From Marsupella aquatica (lineage: Eukaryota; Plantae; Marchantiophyta): 64,000 nucleotides of DNA. Shown piece by piece: positions 10,608 to 25,163 of the stretch. Position 1 is the stretch's first letter, and each line of letters starts with the position of its first letter. The notes under the pieces were generated by a model, which was not told the DNA's origin, searched no databases, and worked only from the letters and a program-made list of their open reading frames with translations. Position numbers and translations under genes: made by a program. The stretch covers positions 27,241,233 through 27,305,232 of the forward strand of contig OZ316892.1 of assembly GCA_973895155.1 (NCBI GenBank). The letters are read 5' to 3'.

Positions 10608-11260
10608 GATAGCTTTGCATCAACAATGGATAATTCTGGCTGATCTAATTGCCTTAATGACCCAGTCAATATTTCTGCCCGTTTGGGTGGATGTATAGTT
10701 TTTGATTCACTGCTTTCGAGCATTCCAATTTTCATGTCCTACAATTTTGCTGCCAGTTGAGGACTATCATGTAGCGTAGATTTCCTTGTATGAAGATGTG
10801 GTTGTATTGTGCGAAACTGAGCCATCTGATTGGTGACTGTAAAATGGTCATCGCTGGGATATTGTGCCATGCATATTAAAAAGCACGAGAGCCCAGTCTA
10901 TTCATCTCTTCAATTATGGATCAGTTACCGACATTGAATGTTGCAAGTCATAGTCAGATATAATGTATACCATATGGCTTTGCAAGAAGTGCACAACAAC
11001 GCAAATCAGGGTCCGTATGCACAGTGAAGGAAGCGAAACAATTATCTTGAGATGCTGCGTACTTGTTGAGTGAAACCTAAATCACCACGGGACCCTCCAT
11101 TGTATCACCAAAACAAAAGTAGACACTGCATTCTTTCTTGCTATCACCAGTGTTACCTTCCATACATGGAGAGGGAAGGTCCGTGAATGCTAGCGTTTGT
11201 GGCACTTAACACAACTAAACTGGCTGAGGTGATTTTGAGTAGACCGCATTTCACAAGCAA

Positions 11261-11460
11261 AAGTATATGTAAATCCATTACTATAGCAATGCTGAAAATA
11301 TAGTATAGCCTGGCGCTTTGAAACGGAAGTATATGTAAATCCATTACTATAGCAATGCTGAAAATATAGTATAGCCTGGCGCTTTGAAACGGAAGTATAT
11401 GTAAATCCATTACTATAGCAATGCTGAAAATATAGTATAGCCTGGCGCTTTGAAACGGAA
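11261..11460. repeat. Perfect tandem repeat, 66 bp x 3
   Basis: Unit aagtatatgtaaatccattactatagcaatgctgaaaatatagtatagcctggcgctttgaaacgg at 11261, 11327 and 11393. Confidence 0.95.
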
Positions 11461-13766
11461 GCAGAGCTTTTTTGCAAGGGGGAAAACTTGTGCCATCTGC
11501 TGGTCAAATGTATCCTCACATTGACTCTCCGTCTTGTTTCTTCACACATACAGTAAGTTGCATGCGACGGACTTGGACACAAGGATAGATGAGGAGACGA
11601 GAAAGGAATTTGCTCACGAAGGTGAAGCAGAACCCTTCGACTTCGTTGCGAAGCGGATTCTGGATGTTTACCTGTTTTCTAGTGGACTGACATTTGTCAA
11701 AAGAATAGCTTGAAACTTTGCATTTCTCCAACTGTCTGAAGATCGGTTTCCGTCAAGATGCTGGTTATTATGTTTGGCATTTGTCTGCTCAATTATCATC
11801 AAAAGATGTTTAGAGATAACCGCAAAACCGGAAACTATTTGCGGAAGAGCGCGATCCGTAGAGCAAAAAACTGCAAACCCTCCATTAAAATGACAACCAG
11901 AGAAAGATTCCGAATGCTGATGCCGTTGGAAGGACCTTCTTGAAATAACCAGTGAGGAAAATACAAGAGAGGCGTCTGGAAAGCACAATGCAAAAATACT
12001 TTGAAGCTCTTCGCTTCTTGACATTGATGAAGCTAAATGATGTTCCGATTGCCTTATGTCATCTGGAGGATTGCACTCTTGTCGCGTTTACCGTATCTGT
12101 CAAGTATAGCATGCGCCATTGACGAAGAGGTCCTGGGAGGAAGACGGGAAGATCACATCTTCGTTATGGCAAGGTGCATGCACAATTGACGTAAGATTGT
12201 TCGTGGATGCGCAGGTATGATATTCGATGTATATATATCCCAACTAGCGATCGGTCATCTTGGCAAGAATTGGTGGATGCCGTTCTCCCGTTAAGGGAGG
12301 ACATCCGAGGAATAAACAGCGAGAGTCGGCACCTTACTATTTTGGAGAATCGTTTAGCGAAGGTTTGGCAGTGCGCCTGTCTATAGCTGCTCCATCCTTA
12401 GTAACACGACTTGTATTGGTAGGCTGTTTCCCAATGCCTTTTGTCAAAGATTGTCTGTTTATTGGACGTTGGTCCTTAAGAGGGTTGATATCAATGTTCC
12501 AAAGATTGCTTTCATTGATGTAAGTTTCTCACATAACATCCTCACAGCTCTACATTCGAGGTTTCCTTTGTCGAGGATTGGCGCACCCAGGACACTGGAT
12601 TACTGGCGCTGGGAAAATATATGAGAGGTGAGTGAGTTGGTTCTTAGACTGGCCAGCTAGGCTTTTAAGGCATCCAAGCATGTCACCTTCTGTAATAAAA
12701 ATACAATGTTTGTTAATATGGCTCTCATTTCCTTCATGTACCGGAGCACTTTTCGTAACACTAATAGTAAGTTTATCTTATTCCTGAATGCTCAAGCAAA
12801 ATATGATTGGTGTGATCAGTTTAAGTGGTCTGAGAGAAATGGATGTTGAGTCAGTTATAAGGACGACGACGGTAACAACCCTTTTCATTTGTATGAAATG
12901 TTCTGATGCAGATATGGAAATGTGAAAGCTATGAAACTTTTGGCTTACAGACTTCTTAAGGTTTACAACACTTCTCTGTTTATCCTGGCTCTTTTTTTCG
13001 AATTGAATGATCTGGGAACATTATACTGGAGACCTCATTTGGTAGATGTCATGAGTGTATCACTGATTTGCTTGGGTCAATATCTGTCTCGTTATACAGG
13101 AGGGAGAGAATGTGGTGTTGTTCCCTGGAGGTGCGAGAGCAGTGTCCAAAAGTAAAGTGAGTATTATGTGAACTCACTTTTACATCCATTCTCAATGTTT
13201 TACATTCCCAAAGGACAATAATCAGATGCTACATTCTGGTCATTTCTTCAACACGAGGTTGCAATCAAAAATCCTTGTCCAATGGAACAACTCAAGCTTA
13301 GTGCTATAAACCTACTACCAATCTGCTAAAAGGATTGAGGCAGTAAGGTGTTTGATGGGTGGTTTCAGAAGTATGAATGTTTGTGAATGGGTGATCATGG
13401 CATATTTGTCATGGCTCTGTGCTGGCTTGCTGGTTACTTCCTTTGACGGTTTCTGGGCTGTGTCTGCTTGCTCCCTCCGCCATGGGGTTTTCATGGCCAA
13501 ATTTTATAAAATAAAAAACTAAAATGTTTAAAGGAAACCTACTACCAATGTGATAGATGATGTGTCTGTGGAAGATTTTTTTGTGGTCATGTTGTTGGTC
13601 ACGTTTCATCTTACATTTATGGAAACATGACTTTGCTCATAGATTACTTGCAAAATGCGATTGTGCAAGAGTTGAGCGGTTTGAAAATCTTCCCATTCAT
13701 CTCATACTATGTTGTGTAATTGCAAAAACTGAGTGAAGGGAGAAGATTACAAATTGCAGTGGAAGG

Positions 13767-14350
13767 TGTCGTGCCCATACACATTGTTGCACAACATACA
13801 TCGCATGTCACACACATACAAACATAAACACAAACAAACATAAGAGAATGAGCTGCAAGTGGAACTCATGTCCACACATGTCCAAAACCCACAATAATCT
13901 CAACACAACCGAACCACAATCGACGCCAATCAAACATCCGATCTTGTTCGGAGCGATCACATATAGATATCAAGCTAAACGCACCTCGCACTCTGAGGAA
14001 TCCATGCTACGTACACACGAAACTGACCAGCTACACCATAGTTGCTAGAGCTCATGCTCAAAGGCTCAACATCAAAGAAGTGAGGCCTTTGAGTCACAAC
14101 AAAATGATAACTATCCCTCACAAACGTGAACTGAATCCTATTGGCTCATACAGTACACATACAAAACACATAAACCTAAACAACATGATGTACTCTAATG
14201 CTATCTAGAATGGTGTGATAGCTATAATGCGCATACACATCGCTACACAACATATCGCATGTCACACATACACAAACATGAGCACAAACAAACATAAGAG
14301 AATGGACTGTAAGTGTAACTCATGTCCACACATGTCCAAAATTCATAATT
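13767..14350 (+). repeat. Dispersed ~450-bp repeat (possible solo LTR) followed by a partial second copy
   Basis: The start of the repeat (~13775-13895) recurs at ~14230-14350; it begins TGTCGTGCCC. A diverged inverted copy lies at ~54285-54700. Confidence 0.65.
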
Positions 14351-14909
14351 GCCCCCTAGTTGGGAGTAAGGTCCCCTAACTCTAACTAGCCATGAGTTCT
14401 ACAAGGTGGATATACACTTTTTTAGGTGTGGATATCAGGAGATCGGGTACAAGTGAGCCTCATCGATCACCTACTTGCAATCAAGAATGTTTCCTTATTT
14501 TGATCTTTTGTTGATTTGGGTTTACTTCAAGAGACCATCATTTTACAACACTCGCGAACCTAAAACGATTTGCACATTGCTTCCTTTTTAAAAACAAACC
14601 TCCATTAATTGCGGCCAATGATCCAACAAGAAGTGAGAACAGTCTATGCTGTAAGACAACAAACATAGTTTTATCAAGAATATGAATAAGGGATGGGACA
14701 GAATCCACACAGAATGCACGATACAAAATGCACACCGCTTATCTAATTAAAGTTGGAAGATTAAAAATGTCCGAGCATGAAAACTCAGACCAGCAGAGGC
14801 ATGAAAAATATTTCCGAGACTGGCAAGGCAACAAACCCACAAGGCCAATACTAATGGATTGAGAACGCTTGTGCTGAGCTACATTCAAGCGTAGAAATGA
14901 CAAAATTCC

Positions 14910-17404
14910 TTAGACCAAATTGCGAGCGACCATGCCCTCCATGGTAATTCCCGGTCCAAACGCCATCATGAAACCCCATTCGGGATCATCCACAACCTGT
15001 CCACTCTGGATCCCCAGTTCCTTACGCATCGCGCTGGCTTTGCGCATATAGTCCAAGACATAGATAATGGTGTTGCTGTTGATGTTGCCATAATCCATCA
15101 GCACCTGCCGAGGGCTAGCAAGCTTTTCAGGCAGGAGGTTGAGTTTCTTCTCCACAGCATTCAGAATGGCTGGGCCTCCTGGGTGCACGGCCCAGAAGAG
15201 GTCGTTGTACTTGAGCTCTTTGCTCCCCGAGTCTTCCTTCGTGATCTTCTTTAGTAAATCGGTGGCAAATTCTTCAATGTTCGCCTCCAACACGGCTGGC
15301 AGGTCCCGTCCCAATGTGAACATGATTCCCTCTTCTGTTAGCGTCCCATTGATCACTCCTTGCGTACCTGCAATACATATCCGACTGTAAGCCTGACAAA
15401 AGTTACCAATGAAGGGATGAGAGTACAAGGGTTACAGTCGCATACGGTGGTAAGCCTTACACAGGCTGCCATGACTAAGCTACTAGAAGGTCATACATAA
15501 AGTGGAAAACTTTGTGTGCATTACACATTGGTGAGAAACCATTACGCATCATGGGGTAACTATGGCTTGACCAGCAATTCCTGTGCCACATATGTCAGGA
15601 CTGGAAGCTAGGTTGGAGAATCGGTTATAGGCTTATTTTCTGAGTCAATTCGTCTTACAGTCGTAGATCAAGCGCGCCGTTCTATCTCAGACTCGGGAAA
15701 CGGAGACGCACCGTCTGTAGGACAGTTTCCTCGAGCGTCAAAGTTGAATGGATGGTTGGAAGAAGTTACACTATAAATATGAGTAAGGGATCATTTTAAG
15801 GGTGGAATGTCTTGCATATTAATCTAAATTTGAAGTTTAAAACTAAACACCACATCATTTCCACCCAATAAAATACGAGAGGATCATTATGTGTGTGTTT
15901 TGTGATTGCGAAATAACTGCCCAGATTGTCTCCACAAAGTGCACAAGAAAAATGCATGATAAAATACTTAGTAGTGTACCCGGGATGAAACTCTGGCCAG
16001 CCCAATGCAGTTCAAAATGCGGTCTCTCTAAGTTGGGCAAGGGATCTGCTCCAATGATAACTGCTGCAGCACCATCGCCAAATAAGGCTGCCCCAACAAG
16101 GTCATAGGGACGTTCAGGGTTGGGAGCACGAAAGCCAATGAGAGTGGTGTCACTAGTGATAAGAATCACTCTCGAGCCGGCGTTGTTCTCCGCCAAGTCT
16201 TTCGCCACACGGATGCCAGAAGCCCCACCGTTGCATCCAAGCATGTAGAGCATCACCTACATGTTATATTAAGTCTGTTAAGCTTTGGTCATCTATATCA
16301 GCCTGACAGGAAATACTGTAATACATCATGATCAAACTTTCACAGAAGATACTCGAATTCAGGAAAACTGCCAGGACGGAACTTTGGCTACCCCTCAACC
16401 GAGTGAGCTTGGACTAGATTTTGGAGGCTGTCCTACCCGTTTGATATCCTTGCGGAGGTTTAGGGATACTGCCAGGTGGAGGTCCCCACCGGGCAGTCGT
16501 ACTTCGCTGGATGAGACGTAGACCATGTGTGTAATGCTCTCTTTGGGCCTCCCCCACTCGTCCATTGCACGCTGTGCCGCTTTTGCCCCCATTTTTGTTA
16601 CCGCATCTCCACAAATTTTTAATCTCTGCTTCACATTACTTGAGCCCTCAACCAAGAAGGACGGATTCTCCCGCAAAATCTGCTCATTCAACACTGAATA
16701 TCTTGTCTTCACTGTTGTATTGGTACCTACATCATCCAATGGATCGATACACCGAAAGTAGAATCAGAGGTCCACTGTATTTACTTCTGTGAATGTACAT
16801 AGACTAAAGTCTTCTAAGAGAGCAGAATCCCATCAAGAAAGAGGTAAACAAATGGCAATTCAGTGCTCAAACTTTGCCGTCAAGCCCTTAGACGCAACGA
16901 ATAATTCGGTTCATTTTCTTCCTATGGTTGGAACAGTTATGAAAATTGCAATTGGAGCTTTACTTGACAATGCGCTCTCTCTAAAGTGCAACCTCCATGT
17001 AGTAAAAGGCTTCAGGGAATGAGCGGATTTTCAACGGAATTATGGAGGGTCCAAACTAAACTAGCGTGGAATCGAGGATTCCGCTAAGATTTGCAGTCGT
17101 AGTGAGTGCAATATAAGAGGCTGTACTAAAATGCATGGAAGGTGCAGTTGGAGACAGGGTAAACTATGTAAAACCCGCACACACATAATGTAAGGAAATG
17201 ACAGTCATTCTTACAAAGACGCTGAAGCTTGGCGACGACTTTAGGGTCTTGATCACAGTTGATATTCTTCAGAAACCTTGCCGCCATCTCCTCCTGGTGG
17301 ACCACCTGATCCGGCACTGCCCTCCCGATGGCCAACACCGTCGCCCTTCCTGGACGAGCCTGTCTGCCTCCTCCTCCTGCTACAGACTCGTTCTTCGCCT
17401 CCAT
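14910..17404 (-). CDS. ASCL: Type III polyketide synthase, anther-specific chalcone synthase-like (ASCL / PKSA-PKSB / LAP5-6) clade; exons 17404-17215, 16726-16437, 16256-15980, 15367-14910
   Basis: Catalytic Cys (MLGCNGG), His (AVHPGGPAIL) and Asn (DYGNINSNT). Clade signatures VYVSSSEVRLPGGDL, RPYDLVGAALFGDGA and AFGPGIT. Intron 1 splits a Cys codon, as is conserved in the CHS family. Confidence 0.93.
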
Positions 17405-20400
17405 TGCTGCTGATCCGTCGGACCTCAACAGAGATGACCAATTCACTCCTCTCGTAATACGTGAGTACCTTATATCCACGGACTATATGAAGTCCAGTTG
17501 CTTGAATCACTCAAATTTAGCTAGTGCTCGATCGAGCTCCAAAACCAGCCTCTCGATATTTGTAGCTAGCTAGCGGTCGATCGAGCTCGACATTCAGCCT
17601 CCTGATCCACACACACAAAGCGTCGGGAGTGATCAGACTTCTGTATAAATCAAGCCTCCTCGTACACATCATCCTTCTAAACATCTAACAATGGACGCGA
17701 CTGCGCCTCGAGACGTGGTTACTGAGCGTGTAATGGACGGTATCGGTGGCGCATTTGGACTGGAACAACATCTGAGACGTCGATTTTGTCAAGGGATGGT
17801 CGGGCCCGAATAGTCGCGACGTGGCAGTTGAGGTACAGTCGTACGTCGTGAGCATGCAGACTAGCGCCCGACATACGGATCGACGATAACGGAGACAGGT
17901 CTTCCTCGGAGGATGAGCTTTGACCGTCGATCTTGGTATGACGAACTGCGCTTGAAACGACGAGCGAGACCGGCGAGTAAATTGTGGGGGGTAGTTGAGG
18001 GGGAGAGACAAACACTGATATATACGAAATTCATTGAAATTGTGGGGGCGAAAAGAACGCCCCCTGGGAGAGGGTAGACGAGACCCTCACTAATAATAAG
18101 CATGCAAATGGGTGACACACCACTGGTTATAATGGGGTGAAAGTTGAAACTGCCCCAGAAGTGTGGGCATTAGGCATTTTGAAAGTTTACTGAACAAATC
18201 GGCTCAGGGAGTACTACTGTTGACCGTCCCGTTTGGCAGCTGCTTCTACAGAAGTGCCATCTAAGTTTGGACAATAAACAATGATTAAAATGTTGGGGCC
18301 CTACTAATAAAATATGTTGGGGTCCGCAACAAATTTAGGGCCCTACTAATCATTGAAAACCCGGAGCTTGTAATTAGTAAAAATTACACCCTAGCTTGTA
18401 ATTTTCACACTAGGAAACACCTAACTTCCAGTGTGAAAATATTTTAAAATTTTAAAATTTAAACAGTAGAAGAATAATCTGGCATTAATTTGTTTCCTAG
18501 ATTGAAAAACAATAATTGTTTAGTGCAGGTCCCAGGCAAAGCAGGATGTTACTACCATAGTTTCAAGTGGCTAGAAAGGTGGGTGCCAGCCCAAAAAATG
18601 ATTAACCATAAAACTACCCGTCAAACAGCTAAGTCACAAAGCTAAGGGTGAGATAACAACAGGTGCTCTAACAGCTAGAAGCAGCTCCGGGAGCCTTCTT
18701 GCATTTGGAGGTTGTTTTCTAAGTTCTAACACAAGTTGTAGAAGTTGTGCTTGAATGTTAACTCACCCTGAATTTGAGTAAAAATAATGGTTGGTGCACC
18801 TGATTGACCAAAAACTCTAAGGTGTGGCAGAGACACTGGGCCCTTATTCCCAACCAGCTACCTCAAGGTATTCTACAATTTAAACCAAACATACATCTGG
18901 ATTGCTCGCCATGTCTCAAAGGGGTGCAGTGCATCTGGAATGGTACCAGTTTTGCCATCTCACTCTCTTTGCAAGAACAAGGGACACCAGGAGGAAAGGA
19001 GGCAAATAGAAGTGAGGCAAAAGCTCAATGATAAATTAGATTGCCTTTAATAATTTGCAAAAACTCCAAAATTAACCCTCCAAGTTATCAAAATCACCTA
19101 TGTACCCTCAAAGTTTGAAATTTACAAAACACCTCTACAATGGCTCAGGTAGGCAAAGGTGTCCGTCTTTTCTCAAGGCAGTCAGGAATCTGTGTCCAGT
19201 TGCAACAGATCATAGCATAATAGTGTTGCATGTTGTGACAACTATGACAATGCACATTACTTAGCAACGAGTTTTGCTTTCAACTACCATCGACAGCGTG
19301 CTGATACATAGGATACATGGATTCCAAAAATTAGGAGCTTCATACTTTTCAAACTTTCATTAACTTTAGGGGTGTTTTGGATTAAGGGCTTTTGGTAATT
19401 TTAATATCTTGTGAGGGTAACTTGGCTTAAGGTTTAGCTTCACCCTAAGGCTTCACCACTAGACTGACCAAAGTCATACTTCATTCTTGACCCAAAGATT
19501 CGTTTGGTTTGATATAAGTGAGATATCTTTGCAAAACACTCTCAAGTTTATGAGTAGATTGACCTTTGACATCCAAATCAAGTTCTTAGGAGTGATCACG
19601 CCCTTCATCCAAACGCTGCTGGCCGTCAAGAAAACTGATTCTTCACAGTTCAGTGTTGGGTGGGCATAGTTATTGTTACCCTTCCTATAGGATATCAAAT
19701 GCCTTCCATGAGTCACTTTTGATTAAGCTTGCTCTTGGATTCGCTCATTTGCAGTAGTTGAGGTCTCGTACTTTATGGCCTCCTACTTTATGGGCCAACA
19801 AAACCTTCATTACAAAATCCCTCCATTTGGAACCGAGATAAGATTTCTTGAGTTGTGACAATGTCAGTCTCTTGGTCCCTCCAGTGAACACAAGCGGATG
19901 TAACGAATGAGGCCGTGTTCACAATCTTGACTTGAACAAATTGGACTCCTAGGGCCCAAAGACTAATTAGACCCCAATAGGATCCTTGTGAGCTCTTTGA
20001 CATGCCTAGTGGATCTCTAGAATTTCCATGTTCTCAAGTTCCTTGCTATTCTCAACTTTGCAGTCAAGGATACATCTAAAAGAAACATGAACACAGGATC
20101 CACGCATCAGTTCATGTTTTCCGATTGCCTCTGCTCACCTAGAGGAAACTAATCACAACAGGTGGAGCACAGAGAAAAGCGCAACCAAGAAGGCAAAAGT
20201 AACACGTTCTGCAGATGTCGAACACTACTGGATGGAAGCACATTGAGCTATTTTCATAGCGGATATCAGTTCATAACACTCCGTCGAGGCTGAATTTACT
20301 GTCAGGCAGATCTGTGTCGTTGACAAACGGTGATTAAACGACGAAGGACGCCTGTGATACCATGGACTTTTCATGATGTAGATCTAAGCCTCGAACATAC

Positions 20401-21545
20401 GAGACTTCAACTTTCTTCCGGCCATTCCATGCACAACTTCTTTTCAATTTAGATACCGATGAACTAAATAGTGAACTGAAAGGGGAACTGAACTTCGTGT
20501 CAGATTCGTTCTGTTCCATGCTGCTGTTGTACGTGCAATAGCTGGAAAAAAATTGAAGTCTCCCAAATTCTCAACTCGGATGCAGGGCACCAAATATACT
20601 ATAGTGCACAGCTCGACCTCGGAGAACCCAAACTTTAGTCCCTTGATTGCAGCAAAGCAAGGGGTACTCTTGCCCGTGTCTGTAGCAGCTGTCTTAGGCA
20701 TCGTATGGCCTGAAAGGTCAAACGATAAAGGAGTAAAGTAGTCCACCGACAAATCAAGCTGGCCGTGGAATTGAATCCTTGAAAGTTCTGAGATTGTTAG
20801 GGAATTGTTCAGCAATATGTTCCCTAGCATTGTACAACAATTGAGATGACGTTTTGATATCAAATCTATCTCTGTTTCCGTACGGTGTGCTTGACATACA
20901 ATTCCAAAGCCATAAAAAGCAGAGTACCATAACGAGAAAAAACTTCCCAGGCTCAGGTGCAGACAACCCACAGTGATCGGCTTGCTATCCCACAAGCGTA
21001 CACACATCCTATTCAGAACCTGATGTTATCTGTCATTGTCGATGTACATCCCACTGAGCCTTCCACTCGTTATCGCTCCATGTCCCTACATTACATCTCA
21101 CGAATTCAACTTCTATAACTTGCAGCACCTACCTTTAGGACTTAGTAATATAGAAGGACAGTTCAGAACCCTTAGACAATTAAACACAGGGAAACTTGAA
21201 ACGAAGAGACAAACAGGCGTCAGGAAAAAGAAACAAACGACTAAGTCGAGCTTCTGTAAAAGTCTTGCAGAACACATTGAACAAGTCTTTAAACAAAGAA
21301 CACAGAACAGAAATTAAACAATGTCACGTAGCCCTTACATAAAAAGCCTTGGCCGGAAACAACAGAGAAAATTGAAACATAAGACAAGCTAATCACCAAA
21401 AACTTTAAATGCACCAATTGAAGGCGAAAATTGCTTTAAAAAGAGAGTAAGCAAGAACTTGGAAACAGACGATCTGGAGTACCTGTTGAGGTGGTTGAAT
21501 GTCGATAGGCTGAAAATTGAATTTTCTAAGTTTGTCTGCACAATC

Positions 21546-22626
21546 TTAGTACGGTAAACCGCCCCTGAGCGTCAACGTCCACAAACTTGCCGCGTCGCTG
21601 CTGGCTCCATCCTCCACGGTGGGAAATGCTTTGAGGACATCTGCACCGACAGCTTGCTGCCCGTCAACAAGCACTACTAACATAATTACCAATTCATCCT
21701 TAGCAGGATCAACGGGCTCTTCTCCCCCTACATCCTTTGCCCCTTCATCTTTCAGATCGTCTGATGCGGGGTCCGCCAAAAGCCCCAACAACCTTGTTCT
21801 GTCCATTCCTCTCAAGACTTGGATCAATTTCCCTTGTTCTACAACTCGAACCTTGCCATCTTCCATCTGTTCAGGATTAGATTGACCGAGGATTAGAAAC
21901 CGAGGAAACTAATTCCTTCACGTACCTCGCTCAGTCTCTAATTCGACGTACATGACTACAAGATATCAAAGACACGTTCCAAATCCTCCACAAGAACTAT
22001 AGCAAACAACACTCTTCAGCACGATAAAATGAAGTACCCACCGAATATGACACGGGTGCTTTCGAAGGGTCAAGGATGAACTCTTTGGGCACATACTCTG
22101 CCACCCACTGAACCGAAGAGTAGGACGGGAGCTCGAGGGAATCGGTGGAAGAGTACCGAGACTTAAAAGTGAACCCGCTTGCAGCACCTCGGGGACGCGT
22201 AGTGACCGTCTCTTGCATCAGGACGCACCCACGGCCATACTGAGAGTGCCCAGTGTTGGACAGCTCGTACAGGGCGGTGGCAACGGTGCTGTTCTCACAG
22301 GCTTTCGAAAACACATCATCCCATACCAGCATCAGCTCGTCGAACTTCCACTGCTTCGCTCCCGAGGATGATGATTTCTTCCTGTCCTTCACCTTCTTCT
22401 TCTGCTTGCTCGCTGCTGCTCTGATGACGGCCGTCGAGGGAAACCCTCTGGAATCCAATTGCACCAAACCTCTTTCGGATACAACACTCCAGAAATGTCC
22501 TGAGCTGCGGCCGGCATTGTGGACAAGCGAAGAGAGACGACTCTGTGACCCAAATGCACCAGCGCTCTCCACAGCTTGGGCCTTGCGAACAGAGAAGTGA
22601 CTGTGAATCTGAATTGTGGACGCCAT
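21546..22626 (-). CDS. Uncharacterised protein with a chloroplast-transit-peptide-like N-terminus; exons 22626-22042 and 21866-21546
   Basis: ATG in GCCATGG context. The two ORFs join in phase 0 via GTGGGT...AACAG. Ser/Ala/Arg-rich N-terminus ending VIRA|AA, then a globular-looking domain. Confidence 0.75.
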
Positions 22627-25163
22627 GGCCGTCATCTCGGATTTGCACTTAGATCGAATCCCTCGCCATGACAAGAGGGATCTGGTCGAGATTATTGAGT
22701 GGGCAAACCATCCACTCCCTGGATGGCCCCCGCAAGAGTTGCTGCACTTTCAAGACTTCCAAACAATCTTTCGTAAGAGGATGGGTGGTCGTCAAACGAA
22801 CAAAAAGCTTCTCTAGGAACTACCGTAGATCTCGCGAATACGTTTCCCGGTGGACACAATAAGATAATTTACAATTTTACACTAACGATATCATAATTCC
22901 CAATAACTTATAAATATGTCACGATTTTTTATATATTTATATTTATATTTATTTTGTTTTGGAGTAAGCTAATTTCATCAATTATCAATAAAGTTTATCA
23001 ATGAACCTCATATCAGTTGCCAACCAAATTACTGCAAGAAAAAAAATGGAGAAAGTTCACCTCGCCTAGATGACGTGTTCGTAAGGTACGGACACCCAAT
23101 AGTGAAAAAAAGTTCCGAGCCTAACATGGTGGTGGCTACTACATTTGGGATGGCAGCTGACCAAGAATGAAAGAAGAGGAATATATTCCATCATAGTGAG
23201 AGGAGGCCCTAACCCCTCAATTAACCCTTGACTTATGGGGTGGGTCAATGTTGCCTCCCCCTATTTTCAAAAAATCCTTAATTGGGTATCATAACCATAG
23301 TTACAAGATGAACCATAAATCCATAATTTTCAGCCATTGCCCAACCTTGAGATGCCCTAATAAGTCATGTATATTCACAAAAACCAAAAAAGGTAATACC
23401 AAATAGTAGCCGTTGGATGAAAATATACTTTTTCCACACCATTCAATCTACCATTAAACCCCTCCTCCCTACCTCCCCTATGCCTTTGTCACCTTACACC
23501 CTCCCTTGTGCCTGTGCCTCTCTCTCTATTGCAGGCCCATCATCACCCTACTTAGACAATCCCTCCCTCCTCCCCTTGCTCTTGCCTTGCCCTGATGCAG
23601 GCCTGTGTCTTTCCCTGATGCCCGCTTGATGCAGGCTTATGCCATGCCTGCCTGATGCAGGCCCTCCCCTCCCCTCCTTTTGTCCCTCCCTGCCAAGCAA
23701 AGGTGGGGCTTGCATCAGGAGGGATCAAGTAGGGAGGGGAGTGGGAGTCCCCATAGTGTGCTCCCCTCCCTCTCTGATGCAGGCCTCATGAGGGGAGGGA
23801 AAGAGGGGAGGCACTGCAGGGGAGGGCGGGGAGAGTGAGGGGAGAGGGTGAGGGCAGGGTCCTCACTTCTTTTCTTGGAACCCATCGCATGCAAAGAAGT
23901 TAAGGATTTTTATTCAATTGGGCAAAAGACTTTAAAATTTAATTTTGAAGCAAAAGTGGGGTGTTTTAATCTAATTTTGAGAATGATAAGAACTACAGGC
24001 GTTTTTAATACCAAAATTGGGAATATTCCATAAAGTTAGGGGTTAACAAATAATAAAAAGATTAAGTTTTAGGGTATTCATCACTTGAAAACTTCACGCG
24101 TGATATGGAACCTCCCTTGAAATGAGGCCCCCAAGATGCCTAGCCACCATTGTTCACCTTGAGCTCACCCTTCCCCTTGCCCTCACCCTCATCAACAACA
24201 GCAGGTTTGCAACCACAACATGGGTGCAAAGATTGCAATGCATGCATGGCTGCAATGACAACTTACTGAGCCAAATGACAATTGTGCACCGCATGGACTT
24301 TGGGCTACTTAGTCATAAGCAGGTCAAACAATAGAGTAAAATCAAGAGATATATTAGAGGTTTGAGAAGACAAACTCCTAACACCAAAGAAGGCAAATGC
24401 TCTACATTGTCTTCGCCCAAACACAGCCCCATTGGAAAAGATATTTCCACTCAAACACACACCTTTTAACTTGGGTGCTGTGTTTCAGTTGCCAAAAATC
24501 TGGTGACAACTTTTGCCAAAATATTGTACAAGTAGTAGTTCCTCTTGGCAAATCAATACCCAGTCGGCCTAATTAAAGTGAACTTAATGATTTTTGTGGG
24601 TTCAAGTGTAAGTGTGTGGCTGATCTGTGCCAGTAGTTGGCATCTGATGAGGAGCTTGATCTAGGACAAACATGAGGCATTCATTATTCTCTTCACCTCC
24701 TCAGACCAGAAGTGGCTCGACGAGAATAGAGACACACTTCCAAGCTAGTACATCAAAGGTATCCACCCTGGGTGGTTTACATAGTTACCTCCAACAAGCA
24801 ATCAAAACTTTACAAAGTGAAGATGGAAGGACTTGAATCAGGGAATGCTTTTTAGAGTGGGTCAGATTGATTGCAAGAGCTTAAATAACTGATGAGGGTC
24901 CTAATTTGTGTAGATAAAATGGAGACTAGACCCTGAGCTCAGTTTGTTATTGGCGCCAAACAATTCTATGAACAGAATTTCATTGAAATATTTAATTAAA
25001 GTTTTGATGTGAGACCATCTATAATAAGTAAGACTGATTTAGACTTAAGTGGCCTCAGTTCAAAACTGCCAATAATTATTCAAACACAACGTCAATTTTC
25101 AAACATAATGTCGCAAGTAATTTTATTCCCAAAATATAATCAAAACTCAAACACAATGCCCAG

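Noticed and set aside
20444-21007. 187-aa ORF downstream of the plastid-protein gene
   Set aside because: Non-ATG start, no recognisable domain, and composition like UTR or intergenic sequence.
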